Positions 1 to 11,783 of a stretch of DNA of 64,000 nucleotides are shown piece after piece. The stretch is from Octopus sinensis (lineage: Eukaryota): contig NC_043024.1 of assembly GCF_006345805.1 (NCBI RefSeq), positions 4,154,001-4,218,000 of the forward strand. Direction: 5' to 3'. Below the pieces are notes generated by a model that was given only the letters and a program-made list of their open reading frames with translations, searched no databases and was not told the origin of the DNA. The position numbers and the translations under genes are program-made. How positions within the stretch are numbered: the stretch's first letter is position 1; each line of letters begins with the position of its first letter.

Positions 1-554
1 TATATATATATATATATGTATGTATGTGTGTGTATATGTTTGACAATAGATGGTGATGTGTTTACGTCCAAATCCACTCACAAGTCTTTGGTTGGCTCAA
101 GGCTATTAGAAGAAGATACTTGCCCAAGGTGCCACACAGTAGGACTGAACCCGGAACCACATGGTTGGGAAGCTAACTTCTTACCACACAGCCACACCAG
201 CGCCTAATATGGTCACTGTCCCTAAAAACTAAGCCACTGGAATGTTCTAACCACCTCGGATGTATCAAAAAGTGAGGACCAATGTGTTTAGGTTTGTCTA
301 AGTTAAGTACAGAGACAATTTTATTAAACAATATTTTGTTACAAATAATGATTTCTGAGATGAAAAAATTTTCAAAAGATTATCTCGTTTATATTGGTAG
401 TAACATCAGTTCTAATGGAACAGCCATATTGATGTGGCAATATATGTTGCTTCTCAGTATAGTTTCTACCTTCATCTCTCATAGAGATTTTCTGACTGGC
501 TGCATTTCTAATACAATGTCATGGTAAATATTCACAGAGAAAAAATTTACATTT

Positions 555-985
555 ACTGGTTGGCATTTGGAAGGGCAACCAGCTGTAAAAGCCATGCCAA
601 AACTGACCTCACCTGTGCTGGTGCCATGTAAAAAGCATCCAGTCCACACTGTAAAGTGGTTGGCATTTGGAAGGGCATCCAGCTGTAAAAACCCTGCCAA
701 AACTGACCTCACCTGTGCTGGTGCCATGTAAAAAGCATCCAGTCCACACTGTAAAGTGGTTGGCATTTGGAAGGGCATCCAGCTGTAAAAACCATACCAA
801 AACTGACCTCACCTGTGCTGGTGCCATGTAAAAAGCACTCAGCCTTGCAGAGTGGTTGGTAAAAAAACTATGCCAAAACAAACACAGGATCATGGTGCAG
901 GCTTCTGTCTGACCAGCTCCTGTCAAATTATCCAACCCATGCCAGCATGGAAGGAGTATGTTAACCGATGACGATGACGATGAAG
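555..985 (+). mobile_element. SINE family B 3' part with ~3 internal 108-bp tandem units and a (GAT)n tail
   Basis: ggaagggcatccagctgtaaaaac repeated three times. Confidence 0.85.
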
Positions 986-1005
986 CCAAGGGGTTTTTGT
1001 ATTTC

Positions 1006-2325
1006 TCAGTTATTAGGTTTCTCACCTGTGTGTCTTCGTTTATGTTTATTTAAGTCACTTTTACAGATAAAGGATTTCTCACAGACATCACAATGGTAAG
1101 GCCTTTCCCCAGTGTGACTCCTGATGTGGACAATAAGGTTAGAATTATCGAAGAAGGATTTTCCGCAGATTTCGCAGTGGAATGTTTTTTCACCCCCGTG
1201 TTCCCTTTTGTGCCTTTTTAAATCACTGTTATTGAAGTAGGACTTGCCACATGTTTCACAATGGAAGGCCCTTTCACCAATGTGTTGTAGTTTGTGCCTT
1301 TTTAAATTACTGCTGGAGAAGAAAGATTTCCCACATGTGTCACAGTGGTAGGGTTTCTCACCTGTATGTACTCGTTTGTGGGTAACGAGGCGAGAATTAT
1401 TAATAAAACATTTCCCACACGTTTCACAATTATACGGCTTTTCCCCCGTGTGTACTCTCTGGTGAATGACGAGACGAGAATTCTTAATGAAAGACTTCCC
1501 ACACGTTTCGCAGTGGTAAGGTTTTTCTCCCGTGTGAACACGCATGTGGGTGACGAATTTCGAGTTATTCGGGAAAGATTTGCCACATGTTTCGCAGTGA
1601 AACAAACTTTCCCCCATGTGTTTCCTTTTGTGAATTGTCAAATAGCTATTATTGACGAACGATTTTCCGCATAAATCGCAAGAGTAAGGTTTTTCCCCCG
1701 TGTGGCTCCGTATGTGGGTGACGAGGCTGGAATTCTTTATAAAAGACTTTCCGCAGACTTCGCAATGGTAGCGCTTTTCCCCCGTATGGATCCTCACGTG
1801 ACTCGTTAGATAACTATTGTCGACGAACGACTTTCCGCAGATCTCACAGTGGAACGGTTTTTCCCCCGTGTGGCTCCGCATGTGGATAACGAGGCGAGAA
1901 TTATAAGGAAAAGATTTCCCGCATATCTCACAGTCTAACGAGTTTTCCCCCGTGTGCATTCGTTTATGGCTCGTTAAATAACTATTATCCACAAAAGATT
2001 TTCCACATATTTCACAGTGGTAAGGTTTTTCTCCCGTGTGATTACGAACATGGTTAACGAGATGAGTTTTCTGATTAAAAGATCTCCCGCAAATTTCACA
2101 ATGAAATGGTTTTTTCCCAGTGTGTAATCTTCTGTGTTTCGACAAATTACTTCTATTAACGAAAGATTTGCCGCATATTTCGCAATTAATATTTCTCAGT
2201 AATGATTTTCGTTTAGTAAATGATTCACACAGTAACGATCTCTCGCCATCGGATGTCCGTTTAATCGAATCTATATTCTCAGAAATATTTGTGTTAGAAG
2301 TGTCTGAGTGATTACCATCCTCCAT
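1006..2325 (-). CDS. ZNF1: C2H2 zinc-finger protein, 14 fingers, 439 aa
   Basis: Intact ORF with 14 C-x2-C-x12-H-x3-H repeats, TGEKP-type linkers and N-terminal MEDGNHSDTSNTN motif. Confidence 0.95.
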   Translation of the reverse strand: MEDGNHSDTSNTNISENIDSIKRTSDGERSLLCESFTKRKSLLRNINCEICGKSFVNRSNLSKHRRLHTGKKPFHCEICGRSFNQKTHLVNHVRNHTGEKPYHCEICGKSFVDNSYLTSHKRMHTGENSLDCEICGKSFPYNSRLVIHMRSHTGEKPFHCEICGKSFVDNSYLTSHVRIHTGEKRYHCEVCGKSFIKNSSLVTHIRSHTGEKPYSCDLCGKSFVNNSYLTIHKRKHMGESLFHCETCGKSFPNNSKFVTHMRVHTGEKPYHCETCGKSFIKNSRLVIHQRVHTGEKPYNCETCGKCFINNSRLVTHKRVHTGEKPYHCDTCGKSFFSSSNLKRHKLQHIGERAFHCETCGKSYFNNSDLKRHKREHGGEKTFHCEICGKSFFDNSNLIVHIRSHTGERPYHCDVCEKSFICKSDLNKHKRRHTGEKPNN

Positions 2326-2805
2326 ATTAACCCTGGAGAAATTGTTAAGGACTTCGAAAATATCTTTGAATATATTCTATTCTGGTTCAGCTTCTTGTCT
2401 CAGGGCACTCATATCACGGAACTTGGCTTACAGGTGTAGGAAACATACAATGTAGATATCTTTTGTTGTTTATTTCTGGCTGGGACATCTCCAAGTGACA
2501 CACATATTGTAAGCAGAAAGACTTCTTCCTACATTAATAATTGTGGATATAATTAACAGATGTCAGGTAGGCTACAAACATAGAGAGAGAGCATCCGTAA
2601 TTGACTGGTAGCAGGTGTTCTGGTGGAATTGGTATTTTTGGGTGACAGGTGGTAATGGAACATTCAGCACAACTGTAAAGGAAGAAAATATATGTGTAAA
2701 ACACCTGTTGGAGAAAAAAAGACAGGTGTGTAGATGTGTGTGTATATGCTACATATATGTTATAGATACATGTGTTTGTGTGTTTGTGTGTTATATTTAT
2801 ACAAG

Positions 2806-3075
2806 GCATCATCATCATCATTGTTCAACTGTGGTTGAAACAATGGAATTTACTATGTTACGCCAGACTTCAAGGTCCATCACGGCATTACGGAGGTCCT
2901 GTTGCTGGATGCCTGTATCCCTGGAGATTACATCAGGGTAGGAGAGTGTGCGCCCTCTGGTATTGCGAGTAGATGGCTTCCAGAGGAGAAGAGTAGAAAT
3001 TACTTCTTTTTCAGCTCTACAACAATGTCCAGCAAACTGCACTCTCTTACCTTTCACAAGAGATGACACAGGTGG
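2806..3075 (-). mobile_element. RTE-clade LINE 3' end
   Basis: FAGHCCR...LLLWKP...DTG...WR motif followed by a (TGA)n tail. Confidence 0.8.
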
Positions 3076-3744
3076 TAGTTTCCCATATATTTATACAGGG
3101 CACATGGCCTAGTGGTTAGGATCTTACACTCACGATCTAGCAATTGTGATTTCAATCCCTATATCAGGTGGTGTGGTGTGTTTTTGAACAAAACACTTCA
3201 CCTCATATCACTTTCACACCTGACGCGTGGTACACCGTTCGTCTTTTCAGACAATGTAAATTTGATGGAGGCCGTGACCTAATACGCAGCACAAACATTT
3301 GATCACAATAAACAAATCACTTGTACAGGTAGTTCAACAAAAGCTCAATGCTCATATGGCACCCATTCTATATATATATGTGTGTGTGTGGAGGCACATG
3401 GCCTAGTGATTAGAGCAGTGGACTCACGGTTTGAATCTCAGATCGGGCGATGTCTGTGTTTATGAGCAAAACACCTAGGCTCCATGCGGCTCCGGCAGAA
3501 GGTAATGGTAAACTTCTGCTGACTCTTTCGCCACAATTTTCTCTCACTCTTTCCTCCTGCATCTTGCAGCTCACCTGCGACGGACCGGCGTCCCGTCCAG
3601 GGATCGCGGGTTCGAATCTCAGATCGGGCGATGTGTGTGTTTATGAGCAAAACACCTAAGCTCCACGCGGCTCCGGCAGAAGGTAATGGTAAACTTCTGC
3701 TGACTCTTTCGCCACAATTTTCTCTCACTCTTTCCTCCTTAGTG

Positions 3745-3911
3745 GTTCAGCATCCAATTGCACCGTAGAAACGGATATAGGAACAAATAACAGAAACTTG
3801 TGTTTATTGTAATTTCTACTGTGTGTGTATAAGATACACACACGTGTGCATATATGCATATACGCACTTTTTGAAAAGTTGTGGTGCACCTGAGCACTGT
3901 ATACAACAATT

Positions 3912-3957
<46 letters not shown>

Positions 3958-3960
3958 CAT
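3745..3960 (+). mobile_element. CR1-like 3' UTR fragment with a (TTA)n tail
   Basis: gttgtggtgcacctgagcactgtatacaacaatttca(tta)n, related to family 2. Confidence 0.7.
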
Positions 3961-4288
3961 CAGCATTGTTTACACATAAGGTATACATTGTATATTATGT
4001 GTTTACAATGGCAATACAAATCGTACAAATACTTTAGATTTAAATGTTACTTTAAAAGCCAAGAAAAATCAGGAAAGTTAATTACTAATTAGTTGGTGAT
4101 TAAAACACGTCTCAGCTGTTCTGTAAGACGAGGAACGATTAATTAACGATGTAAGGTAGTTTATGAGGAAATTAAAATATTCAATCCCTCCAGGTGATCG
4201 AACAGCGACTTCGATACAGCATATCAGTCACTTTAAGTTATATATAAATAATATCTTAGTAATAATTACAGGTAATTTACTTATTATA

Positions 4289-4451
4289 AGGCGCAGGAGT
4301 GGCTGTGTGGTAAGTAGCTTGCTAACCAACCACATGGTTCCGGGTTCAGTCCCACTGCGTGGCATCTTGGGCAAATGTCTTCTGCTATAGCCCCGGGCCG
4401 ACCAAAGCCTTGAGAGTGGATTTGGTAGACGGAAACTGAAAGAAGCCCGTC

Positions 4452-4499
<48 letters not shown>

Positions 4500-4703
4500 G
4501 TGTGTCTGTGTTTGTCCTCCTAGCATTGCTTGACAACCGATGCTGGTGTGTTTACGTCCCCGTAACTTAGCGGTTCGGCAAAAGAAGACCGATAGAATAA
4601 GTACTGAGCTTACAAAAAGAATAAGTCCCAGGGTCGAGTTGCTCGATTAAAGGTGGTGCTCCAGCATGGCCGCAGTCAAATGACTGAATCAAGTAAAAGA
4701 GTA
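4289..4703 (+). mobile_element. SINE family A (tRNA head, central microsatellite, AAGAGTA tail)
   Basis: A box TGGCTGTGTGG, B box GGTTCAGTCCC; more than 20 copies or fragments in the window. Confidence 0.9.
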
Positions 4704-5035
4704 ATTAATTCCCGTCAAGGTAAACGTTAATGTTATTAGATAACTTAAAGCGACTGATGCGATGTATCGAGGTCGTTGTTCCGTCTCTTGGGTGATCAAA
4801 TTACTTCACGTAATATAATTAAATTACCTGAAATCAACGAAGTTGGTCAGATTCGTTAATTAGTTTTTCTTTCGTCTCAATGAAGCTACCGGTGACATAA
4901 ATCAAATGTCCCGAACATAATTTAATACCCTTACTTAGAAACGGCCTTCAGTTATATTAATTAGTTTTTTTCATTTACATCCAATTTATGGTATAAATCA
5001 AATATATAATCACTCAACTAATTAATTATTGCATA
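4700..5035 (-). promoter_or_regulatory. ZNF1 upstream module: putative non-coding first exon/promoter, donor CAG|GTAATT at 4827
   Basis: Homologous module found once per gene in gene orientation. Confidence 0.55.
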
Positions 5036-5429
5036 TTATATGCCATTACGACACATTGTAAACACTACACATAATATACAAAGGCGTAGGAGTGGCTGTG
5101 TGGTAAGTAGCTTGCTTACCAACCATATGGTTTCGGGTTCAGTCCCACTGCGTGGCACCTTGGGCAAGTGTCTTCTACTATAGCCCCGGGCCGACCAATG
5201 CCTTGTGAGTGGATTTGGTAGGTGGAAACTGAAAGGGGTAAATTGTAATTTAGATAGGGAACAGCAGTAATTGTGAATGTTAAAAGTTAAATTTGCCATT
5301 CATCCTTTCGGGGTCGATAAATTAAGTACCATTTACGCACTGAGGTCGATATAATCGACTTAATCCCTATGTCTGTCCATTCTATGTTTAGCCCCTTGTG
5401 GGTAATAAAGAAATAGGTATTTCTCACTG

Positions 5430-5690
5430 TATTAAATTATGTTAGAGACATTTAACTTGTATCACCGGTATCTTAATTGCGGCGAGAGAAAAATTATCTT
5501 AGTAATAATTACAGGTAATTTATTTATTATATACATATATAGTAATTAACTCCTGTTAAGGTAAACGTTAATGTTGATAGATAACTTAAAGCGACTGATC
5601 TGATGTATCGAGGTCGTTGTTCCGTCTCTTGGGTGATCAAATATTTTAATTTTAATTACAAATTACGCTACATCGTTAATTGGTTGTTCC
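5430..5690 (+). promoter_or_regulatory. ZNF2 upstream module, donor CAG|GTAATT at 5515
   Basis: Reverse-oriented copy of the module, matching the inverted ZNF2. Confidence 0.55.
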
Positions 5691-5972
5691 TTACGTTACA
5701 GGATGGTTAAAATATATTTTAACCACCAAATAATCATTTTTTTCAGCTCACACACATACGTATATATAGATACACAAATATACTTAAATGCACATACGTA
5801 CATACATATTCGTACAAAGGGGAAAAAAAGGTGTGTGTATATATATATATATATATGTGTGTGAGTGTTCAATTCGCTCGCTGACATGAAAGATAATGGG
5901 ATGTACAGATATGTGCGACTGTATGTTCCATTGTTCAGTTGCAAAACTAAAGAAGCCTAGAGAATGAAAGAG

Positions 5973-7062
5973 GGCATAGTTTCGGTTGTAGTAGCACAGA
6001 TTTCCGTCGATTTCCGTAAAAAACTTTTATTTTTTTACATAAGTAATGAGAGCGAGAGAGACTAAGAGGAAGCGATTTTACGACGAGAAGGTTTCACTTT
6101 GAAGTCGGCCTGTGTGTGTTTGATGGGGTGTGGGAGACAGACAGTATGTTGTGTAAGTGAAGTGCTTCTGTTAGTGTGTGTGAAGAGACAGACATACATA
6201 TACACATACACCGAGTAAAAAATTACGATGAATCGGCCATACATACATACATACACACACACATACATAGATACATACACACACACACATACATACACAC
6301 ACACATACTTACACACACACACACACATAGATACATACACACACACACATACATGCAGACATACATATACACATACACACATACATAGATACATACACAC
6401 ACACACATACATGCAGACATACATATACACATACACCGAGTAAAAAATTACGATGAATCGGCCATACATACATACACACACACACACATACACATACACA
6501 CATACATAGATGCATACACACACACACATACATGCAGACATACATATACACATACACCGAGTAAAAAATTACGATGAATCGGCCATACATACATACACAC
6601 ACACACACATACACATACACACATACATAGATACATACACACACACATACATGCAGACATACATATACACATACACCGAGTAAAAAATTACGATGAATCG
6701 GCCATACATACATACATACACACACACATACTTACACACACACACATACATAGATACATACACACACACACACATACATGCATACATACATATACACATA
6801 CACCGAGTAAAAAATCAGTTATCTCTTTCTTTCACACATTACTCTGTCTCTTCACACACACTAACAGAAGCACTTCACTTACACAACATACTGTCTGTCT
6901 CCCACACCCCATCAAACACACACAGGCCGACTTCAAAGTGAAACCTTCTCGTCGTAAAATCGCTTCCTCTTAGTCTCTTTCGCTCTCATTACTTATGTAA
7001 AAAAATAAAAGTTTTTTACGGAAATCGACGGAGACTTGTGCTACGACATACGAAACTTCGCC
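5973..7062. mobile_element. Non-autonomous DNA transposon, ~210-bp TIRs starting GGC, perfect 8-bp TSD TGAAAGAG; internal CA-rich minisatellite
   Basis: TSD at 5965-5972 and 7063-7070; arms 5973-6190 and 6843-7062 are reverse complements. Confidence 0.85.
6195..6810. repeat. Compound (CA/TA) minisatellite with a recurring ccgagtaaaaaattacgatgaatcggcc block
   Basis: Block recurs at ~6210, 6436, 6557, 6673 and partially at 6802. Confidence 0.9.
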
Positions 7063-7744
7063 TGAAAGAGTTTTACATTCACACACACACAATTTCATAA
7101 ACATAAATATATGTGTGTGTGTGTAGGTGCAATGGCCCAGTGGTTAGGGCAGCAGACTCGCGGTCGGAGGATGGCGGTTTTGATTCCCAGATCGGGCGTT
7201 GTGTGTGTTTATTGAGCGAAAACACCTAAAGTTTCACGAGGCTCTGGCAAGGGGTGGAAGCGACCCCCTGCTGTACCATTTCGCCCCAACTTTCTCTCAC
7301 TCTTTCTTCCTGTTTCTTGGATAACGCTGCAACGGACTTGCGTCCTGTCCAGCTGGGAGGGAACACATACGCCACAGAAACCGGGCCCATGAGCCTGGCT
7401 AGGCTTGAAAATGGCGCATAAATAAAAATAATAAATATATATATACACACACACACACATATTTCGTGTGTGCACCTACACATAGCCAGTAGAGTCTTTG
7501 AATATCTGAACCTCACTGTCTCCTTTCTCTTCTTACCTTGACCATTTTTTTCCTTCTTGTACTCATCCATTGTTTCCGATAACAATCGCAATTCTGAAAT
7601 TTTGCTTTATTTTTCCTAAAATTTCTATATATTTTACATTTTGTCTCTCTCTGTCCATTTCCTCTTCGCTTTAGACACAAGACTTCTACTGGACAGCTAT
7701 TCTAATATTCTGTCACATTTCCTCCCTCCGACAACTATCTAACA

Positions 7745-8122
7745 GTCATATATTTTCTTCCTTTGCAGTTATGCTGAATGTTGCTTTACAACCTGTCGTA
7801 CAAGAATCCTGATTCCACTAGAATACCTGCTACCAGTAATTTCTGGATCCGTATATGTTTGTAGTGTACATAACTTCTCTTAACTCTATCCACAAATATT
7901 ACTGTAGATATGCAAGTCTTTTTGTATGCAGTATGTGTGCCACTCAGATATGCCCTGGCCAGCAACAAACACTCTAAGTGTTCTGTAGAAAAGATATCTA
8001 CATTGCATATTTCCTACACATGTAAACAGAATCCCATGAGATGGATATCATAAGACAAGAAACTGAACCATTATAGACTATATCCACAGACATCAGTTTT
8101 GAGGAATTTCTTCAGAGTTAAT
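7745..8122 (+). promoter_or_regulatory. Conserved ~350-nt 5' leader of ZNF genes starting at a 3' splice acceptor (ttttcttcctttgcag, 7768/7769)
   Basis: Homologous block upstream of every ZNF; poly-Y+CAG acceptor kept in ZNF1 (2673), ZNF2 (7768), ZNF3 (18610), ZNF5 (32385), ZNF7 (48505) and ZNF8 (58697); homology stops just beyond it. Confidence 0.65.
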
Positions 8123-9421
8123 ATGGAGGATGGTAATCACTCAGACACTTCTAACACAAATGTTTCCGATGATACAGATTCAGTTAAGCAGACATCCAGT
8201 GGTGAGATATTATCGTGTAAAAAAAGTCCATTACAGAAACCTATTAAATGTGAAATTTGCGGAAAATCTTTTGCAAATAGAAGTAATTTAACGAAACACA
8301 AAAGATTACACACGGGGAAAAAACCGTTTCGATGTGAAATTTGCGGGAAATTGTTGAATCAGAAAGCTCACCTTGTCCTCCACAAACGTAGTCACACCGG
8401 GGAAAAACCCTACAAATGTGAAACCTGTGGAAAATCATTTGCGGACAATAGTTATTTAAGAAGTCACAGACGAATACATACGGGAGAAAATCCTTTTGGG
8501 TGTGAGATCTGTGGAAAATCCTTTACCCATAATTCTCGGCTTGTTCTCCACATCCGTAGCCACACTGGGGAAAAACCCTTCCACTGTGAAATCTGTGGAA
8601 AATCATTTGTGGATAATAGTTCTTTAACAACTCACAAAAGAGTCCACACTGGGGAAAAACCTTATCACTGTTATACTTGTGGAAAATCCTTTGTCAATAA
8701 TAGTTGCCTGACAATTCACAAAAAAATTCACACGGATGAGAAACCTTACCACTGCGATATATGCGGAAAATCGTTTGTGTATAACTGTGACGTGACGCGT
8801 CACAAGAGGATTCACACGGGGGAAAAACCTTTCCGCTGTGAAATCTGCGGAAAATCTTTTGCCAGTAATGGCTATTTGACAATTCACAAACGAATTCACA
8901 CTGGAGACAAAATGTTCGACTGCGGAATTTGTGGAAAATGCTTCATCAGTAAATCAACGCTCGTTACGCATCTACAGATCCACAGCAAAGAGAAAACCTA
9001 TCATTGTGACACATGCGGAAAATCATTCATTACCAATTCTCGTCTTGTAGTTCATAAAAAAATACATTCCGGGGAAAAACTTTTCCACTGCGAAATATGC
9101 GGAAAGTCTTTCCTTAATAACGGTCATCTCGTTTGCCACAAACGAGTCCACACAGGCGAGAAACCATTCTATTGTGAAGCATGTGGTAAATATTTCTATA
9201 CTAGCAGTCAGCTGACAAGACATAAAATACTCCATACTGGGAAAAAACCATTCCGTTGTGAAACATGTAGTAAATCGTTCTCTGATAAATCTAATCTTAG
9301 GAGTCACATCCGTACCCACACTGGGGACAGGCCATGGCGCTGTGAAACTTGTGGTAAATCTTTCATCTACCAAAGTGACTTGAATAAACACAGACGAATC
9401 CATACAGGGGAGAAGCCTTAA
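8123..9421 (+). CDS. ZNF2: C2H2 zinc-finger protein, 14 fingers; the only plus-strand paralog
   Basis: ORF from ATG 8123 (MEDGNHSD); 14 fingers; ends HTGEKP-stop. Confidence 0.95.
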   Translation: MEDGNHSDTSNTNVSDDTDSVKQTSSGEILSCKKSPLQKPIKCEICGKSFANRSNLTKHKRLHTGKKPFRCEICGKLLNQKAHLVLHKRSHTGEKPYKCETCGKSFADNSYLRSHRRIHTGENPFGCEICGKSFTHNSRLVLHIRSHTGEKPFHCEICGKSFVDNSSLTTHKRVHTGEKPYHCYTCGKSFVNNSCLTIHKKIHTDEKPYHCDICGKSFVYNCDVTRHKRIHTGEKPFRCEICGKSFASNGYLTIHKRIHTGDKMFDCGICGKCFISKSTLVTHLQIHSKEKTYHCDTCGKSFITNSRLVVHKKIHSGEKLFHCEICGKSFLNNGHLVCHKRVHTGEKPFYCEACGKYFYTSSQLTRHKILHTGKKPFRCETCSKSFSDKSNLRSHIRTHTGDRPWRCETCGKSFIYQSDLNKHRRIHTGEKP

Positions 9422-10030
9422 TTTGGCTTTTAAGAGTCAAATTCTGCTTTGGTATGCGATCTACATGTTTCATTTATTTGTTATGGCTTAAATAAAACAT
9501 TCTTACATTTATTTAAAAAAATTAAAACAAACCAGGTTTGAAACAGGTTTACTAATTTTACGGGTGAATCGAACGAACATCAGCTACAAAAGTAAAAAAT
9601 AGACGATTAAAATTTTTATACATTTTATATATTTATATATTTATTATTAACACTTGTGCCGGTGGCACATAAAGAGCACCAACCGATCGTGGCCACTGCC
9701 AGCCTCCCCTGGCACCTGTACCGGTGGCACGTAAAAAGCACCCACTACACTCACGGAGTGGTTGGCGTTAGGAAGGGCATCCAGCTGTAGAAACACTGCC
9801 AGATCAGACTGGAGCCTGGTGCAGCCTCCTGGCTTCCCAGAACCAGGTCGAACCATCCAATCTGTGCTAGCACAGAAAACGGACGATGATGATGATGTTT
9901 ACTACTCTCTAACCAGGCATTATCTCAAAGCCACTACAAGTGTTTTCCTTGTTCTTGATAAGCATAAATTTTCTTGTTGTAGATCACAAAATAAAGTGTA
10001 GATCACATAGCAAAGTAGCACCCTATGTTA
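9421..10030. repeat. Left-truncated duplicate of the 17793-18425 MITE, including its nested SINE and right TSD
   Basis: Direct repeat of ~17825-18430 starting at the ZNF2 stop codon. Confidence 0.85.
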
Positions 10031-10149
10031 ATTCTTATGCATAGCTTTCCTTCTTGGGACACAAAACTCTACTTGTGAAAACCTGTTGAGGCAAGTGAAA
10101 ATCAAAAACAAAATCAAAATCAACATCAATGGAAATCGTAGCTGTGATA

Positions 10150-10705
10150 CCAGTGCCGGTGGCACATAAGAGAACCATCCGAACGTGGCCATTGCCAGCG
10201 CCGCCCCGACTGCCTCCGTGCCAGTGGCACATAAAAAGCACCATCTGATCGTGGCCGCTGCCAGCATCGCCTGGCCTCCGTGCCAGTGGCACGTAAAAAG
10301 CACCATCCGATCATGGCCATTTGCTAGCCTCTCCTGGCCTCCGTGCCAGTGGCACGTAAAAAGCACCCTCCGATTGTGGCCGTTGCCAGCCTCGCCTGGC
10401 CTCCATGCTGGTGGCACATAAAAAGCACCATCTGATCATGGCCGTTGCCAGCCTCCGTCCGAGTGGCACATAAAAAACCGTTTGCCAGCCTCGTCTGGCA
10501 CCTGTGCGGGTGGCACGTAAAAAGCACCCACTACACTCATGGAGTGGTTGGTGCTAGGAAGGGCATCCAGCCGTAGAAACATTGCCAGATCAGACTGGGC
10601 CTGGTGCAGCCTTCTGGCTTCCCAGACCCCAGTTGAACCGTCCAACCCATGCTAGCATGGAAAGCGGATGCTAAACGACGACGACGATGATGATGATGAT
10701 GATGT
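10150..10705 (+). mobile_element. SINE family B with internal gtgccagtggcacgtaaaaagcacc repeats
   Basis: (GAT)n tail; related copies at 9650, 12385, 18043, 38880, 44745, 44945 (-), 55310, 55710. Confidence 0.85.
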
Positions 10706-10941
10706 TCAAACTCACCAGATCGTTAAAAATTTATTGTAGAAAATATGTTGGAATTCTTTCTCTTTGAATTCTCATGTTGCAGTCTACAAATGTTCTGTCA
10801 TCTCAGAACGCATTTTACAAAAACATTTGAGTGTTATAAACTCACAGGTGAATACAGACAGGTGAAAAGACAACTATTATTGTGAAATATATTGAGTATC
10901 GTTTGTCGTTGTTTCATTCTTGTTATCCACAAATACATGTA

Positions 10942-11548
10942 GAGGCACATGACCTAGTGGTTAGAGCAGCGGACTCGCGGTCGAGGGATCGCGGGTTCGA
11001 ATCTCAGACCGGGCGGTGTGTGTGTGTTTATGAGCTGAAACACCTAAGCTCCACGTGGCTCCGGCAGAAGGTAATGATGAACTTCTGCTGACTCTTTTGC
11101 CACAACTTTCTCTCACTCTTTCCTCCTGCATCTTGCAGCTCACCTGCGATGGACCGGCGTCCCGTCCAGGTGGGGAACCTACACGCCAAGGAAACCGGGA
11201 AACCGGCCTTTATGAGCCAGGCATGGCTCAAGAAGGAACATTGTGGAAGCACATGGCCTAGTGGTTAGAGCAGCGGACTCGCGGTCGAGGGATCGCAGGT
11301 TCAAATCTCAGACCAGGCGATGTGTGTGTTTATGAACCAAAACACCTAAGCTCCACGTGGCTCCGGCAGAAGGTAATGGCGAAACTTATGCTGACTCTTT
11401 TGCCACAACTTTCTCACTCTTTCCTCCTGCATCTTGCAGCTCACCTGCGACGGATCGGCGTCCCGTCCAGGTGGGGAACCAATACGCCAAGAAAACCGGA
11501 AACTGGCCCTTATGAGCCAGGCGTGGCTCGAGAAGGAACAAACAACAA
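10942..11548 (+). mobile_element. Tandem dimer of SINE family D (CACATGGCCTAGTGG head)
   Basis: Two ~300-bp units; another rearranged pair at 3391-3740. Confidence 0.85.
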
Positions 11549-11783
11549 ATATATGACGTAGGAAATTATTTATTATAGCAATTTGTTACAAAAACACAGT
11601 TTCATTAAACATGATGGCAAAACCACAAGGGTAAAATCTTGCTGATGTGAAAATTGTAGAAAGGGATTCCCATTAAAATGTCATGTTGTTGGCCCAGTGG
11701 ATAAGGGTGGTTGGTTACAAACAAGACAGTGGGGTAGATGGAGGTTTCAGTCTCAGGTAGGGATTAGTGATATGATTTAGTTT

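Noticed and set aside
1302-1674. Antisense and alternate-frame ORFs overlapping the ZNF genes
   Set aside because: By-products of the periodic finger codons; they recur at every paralog with no independent signal
2534-2821. IPIPPEHLLP-type ORF in the conserved leader as a coding exon (e.g. ZAD-like)
   Set aside because: Stops and frame differ among paralogs, there is no paired-Cys ZAD pattern, and it is not in frame with the ZNF ATG
4228-4536. Recurrent RRHLPKVPRSGTEPGTMWLVSKLL ORFs
   Set aside because: Reverse translation of the SINE-A head, not a gene family
6062-6941. Many 70-160 aa ORFs rich in CV/HT/YI
   Set aside because: Translations of CA/TA microsatellites; the same applies to similar ORFs throughout the window
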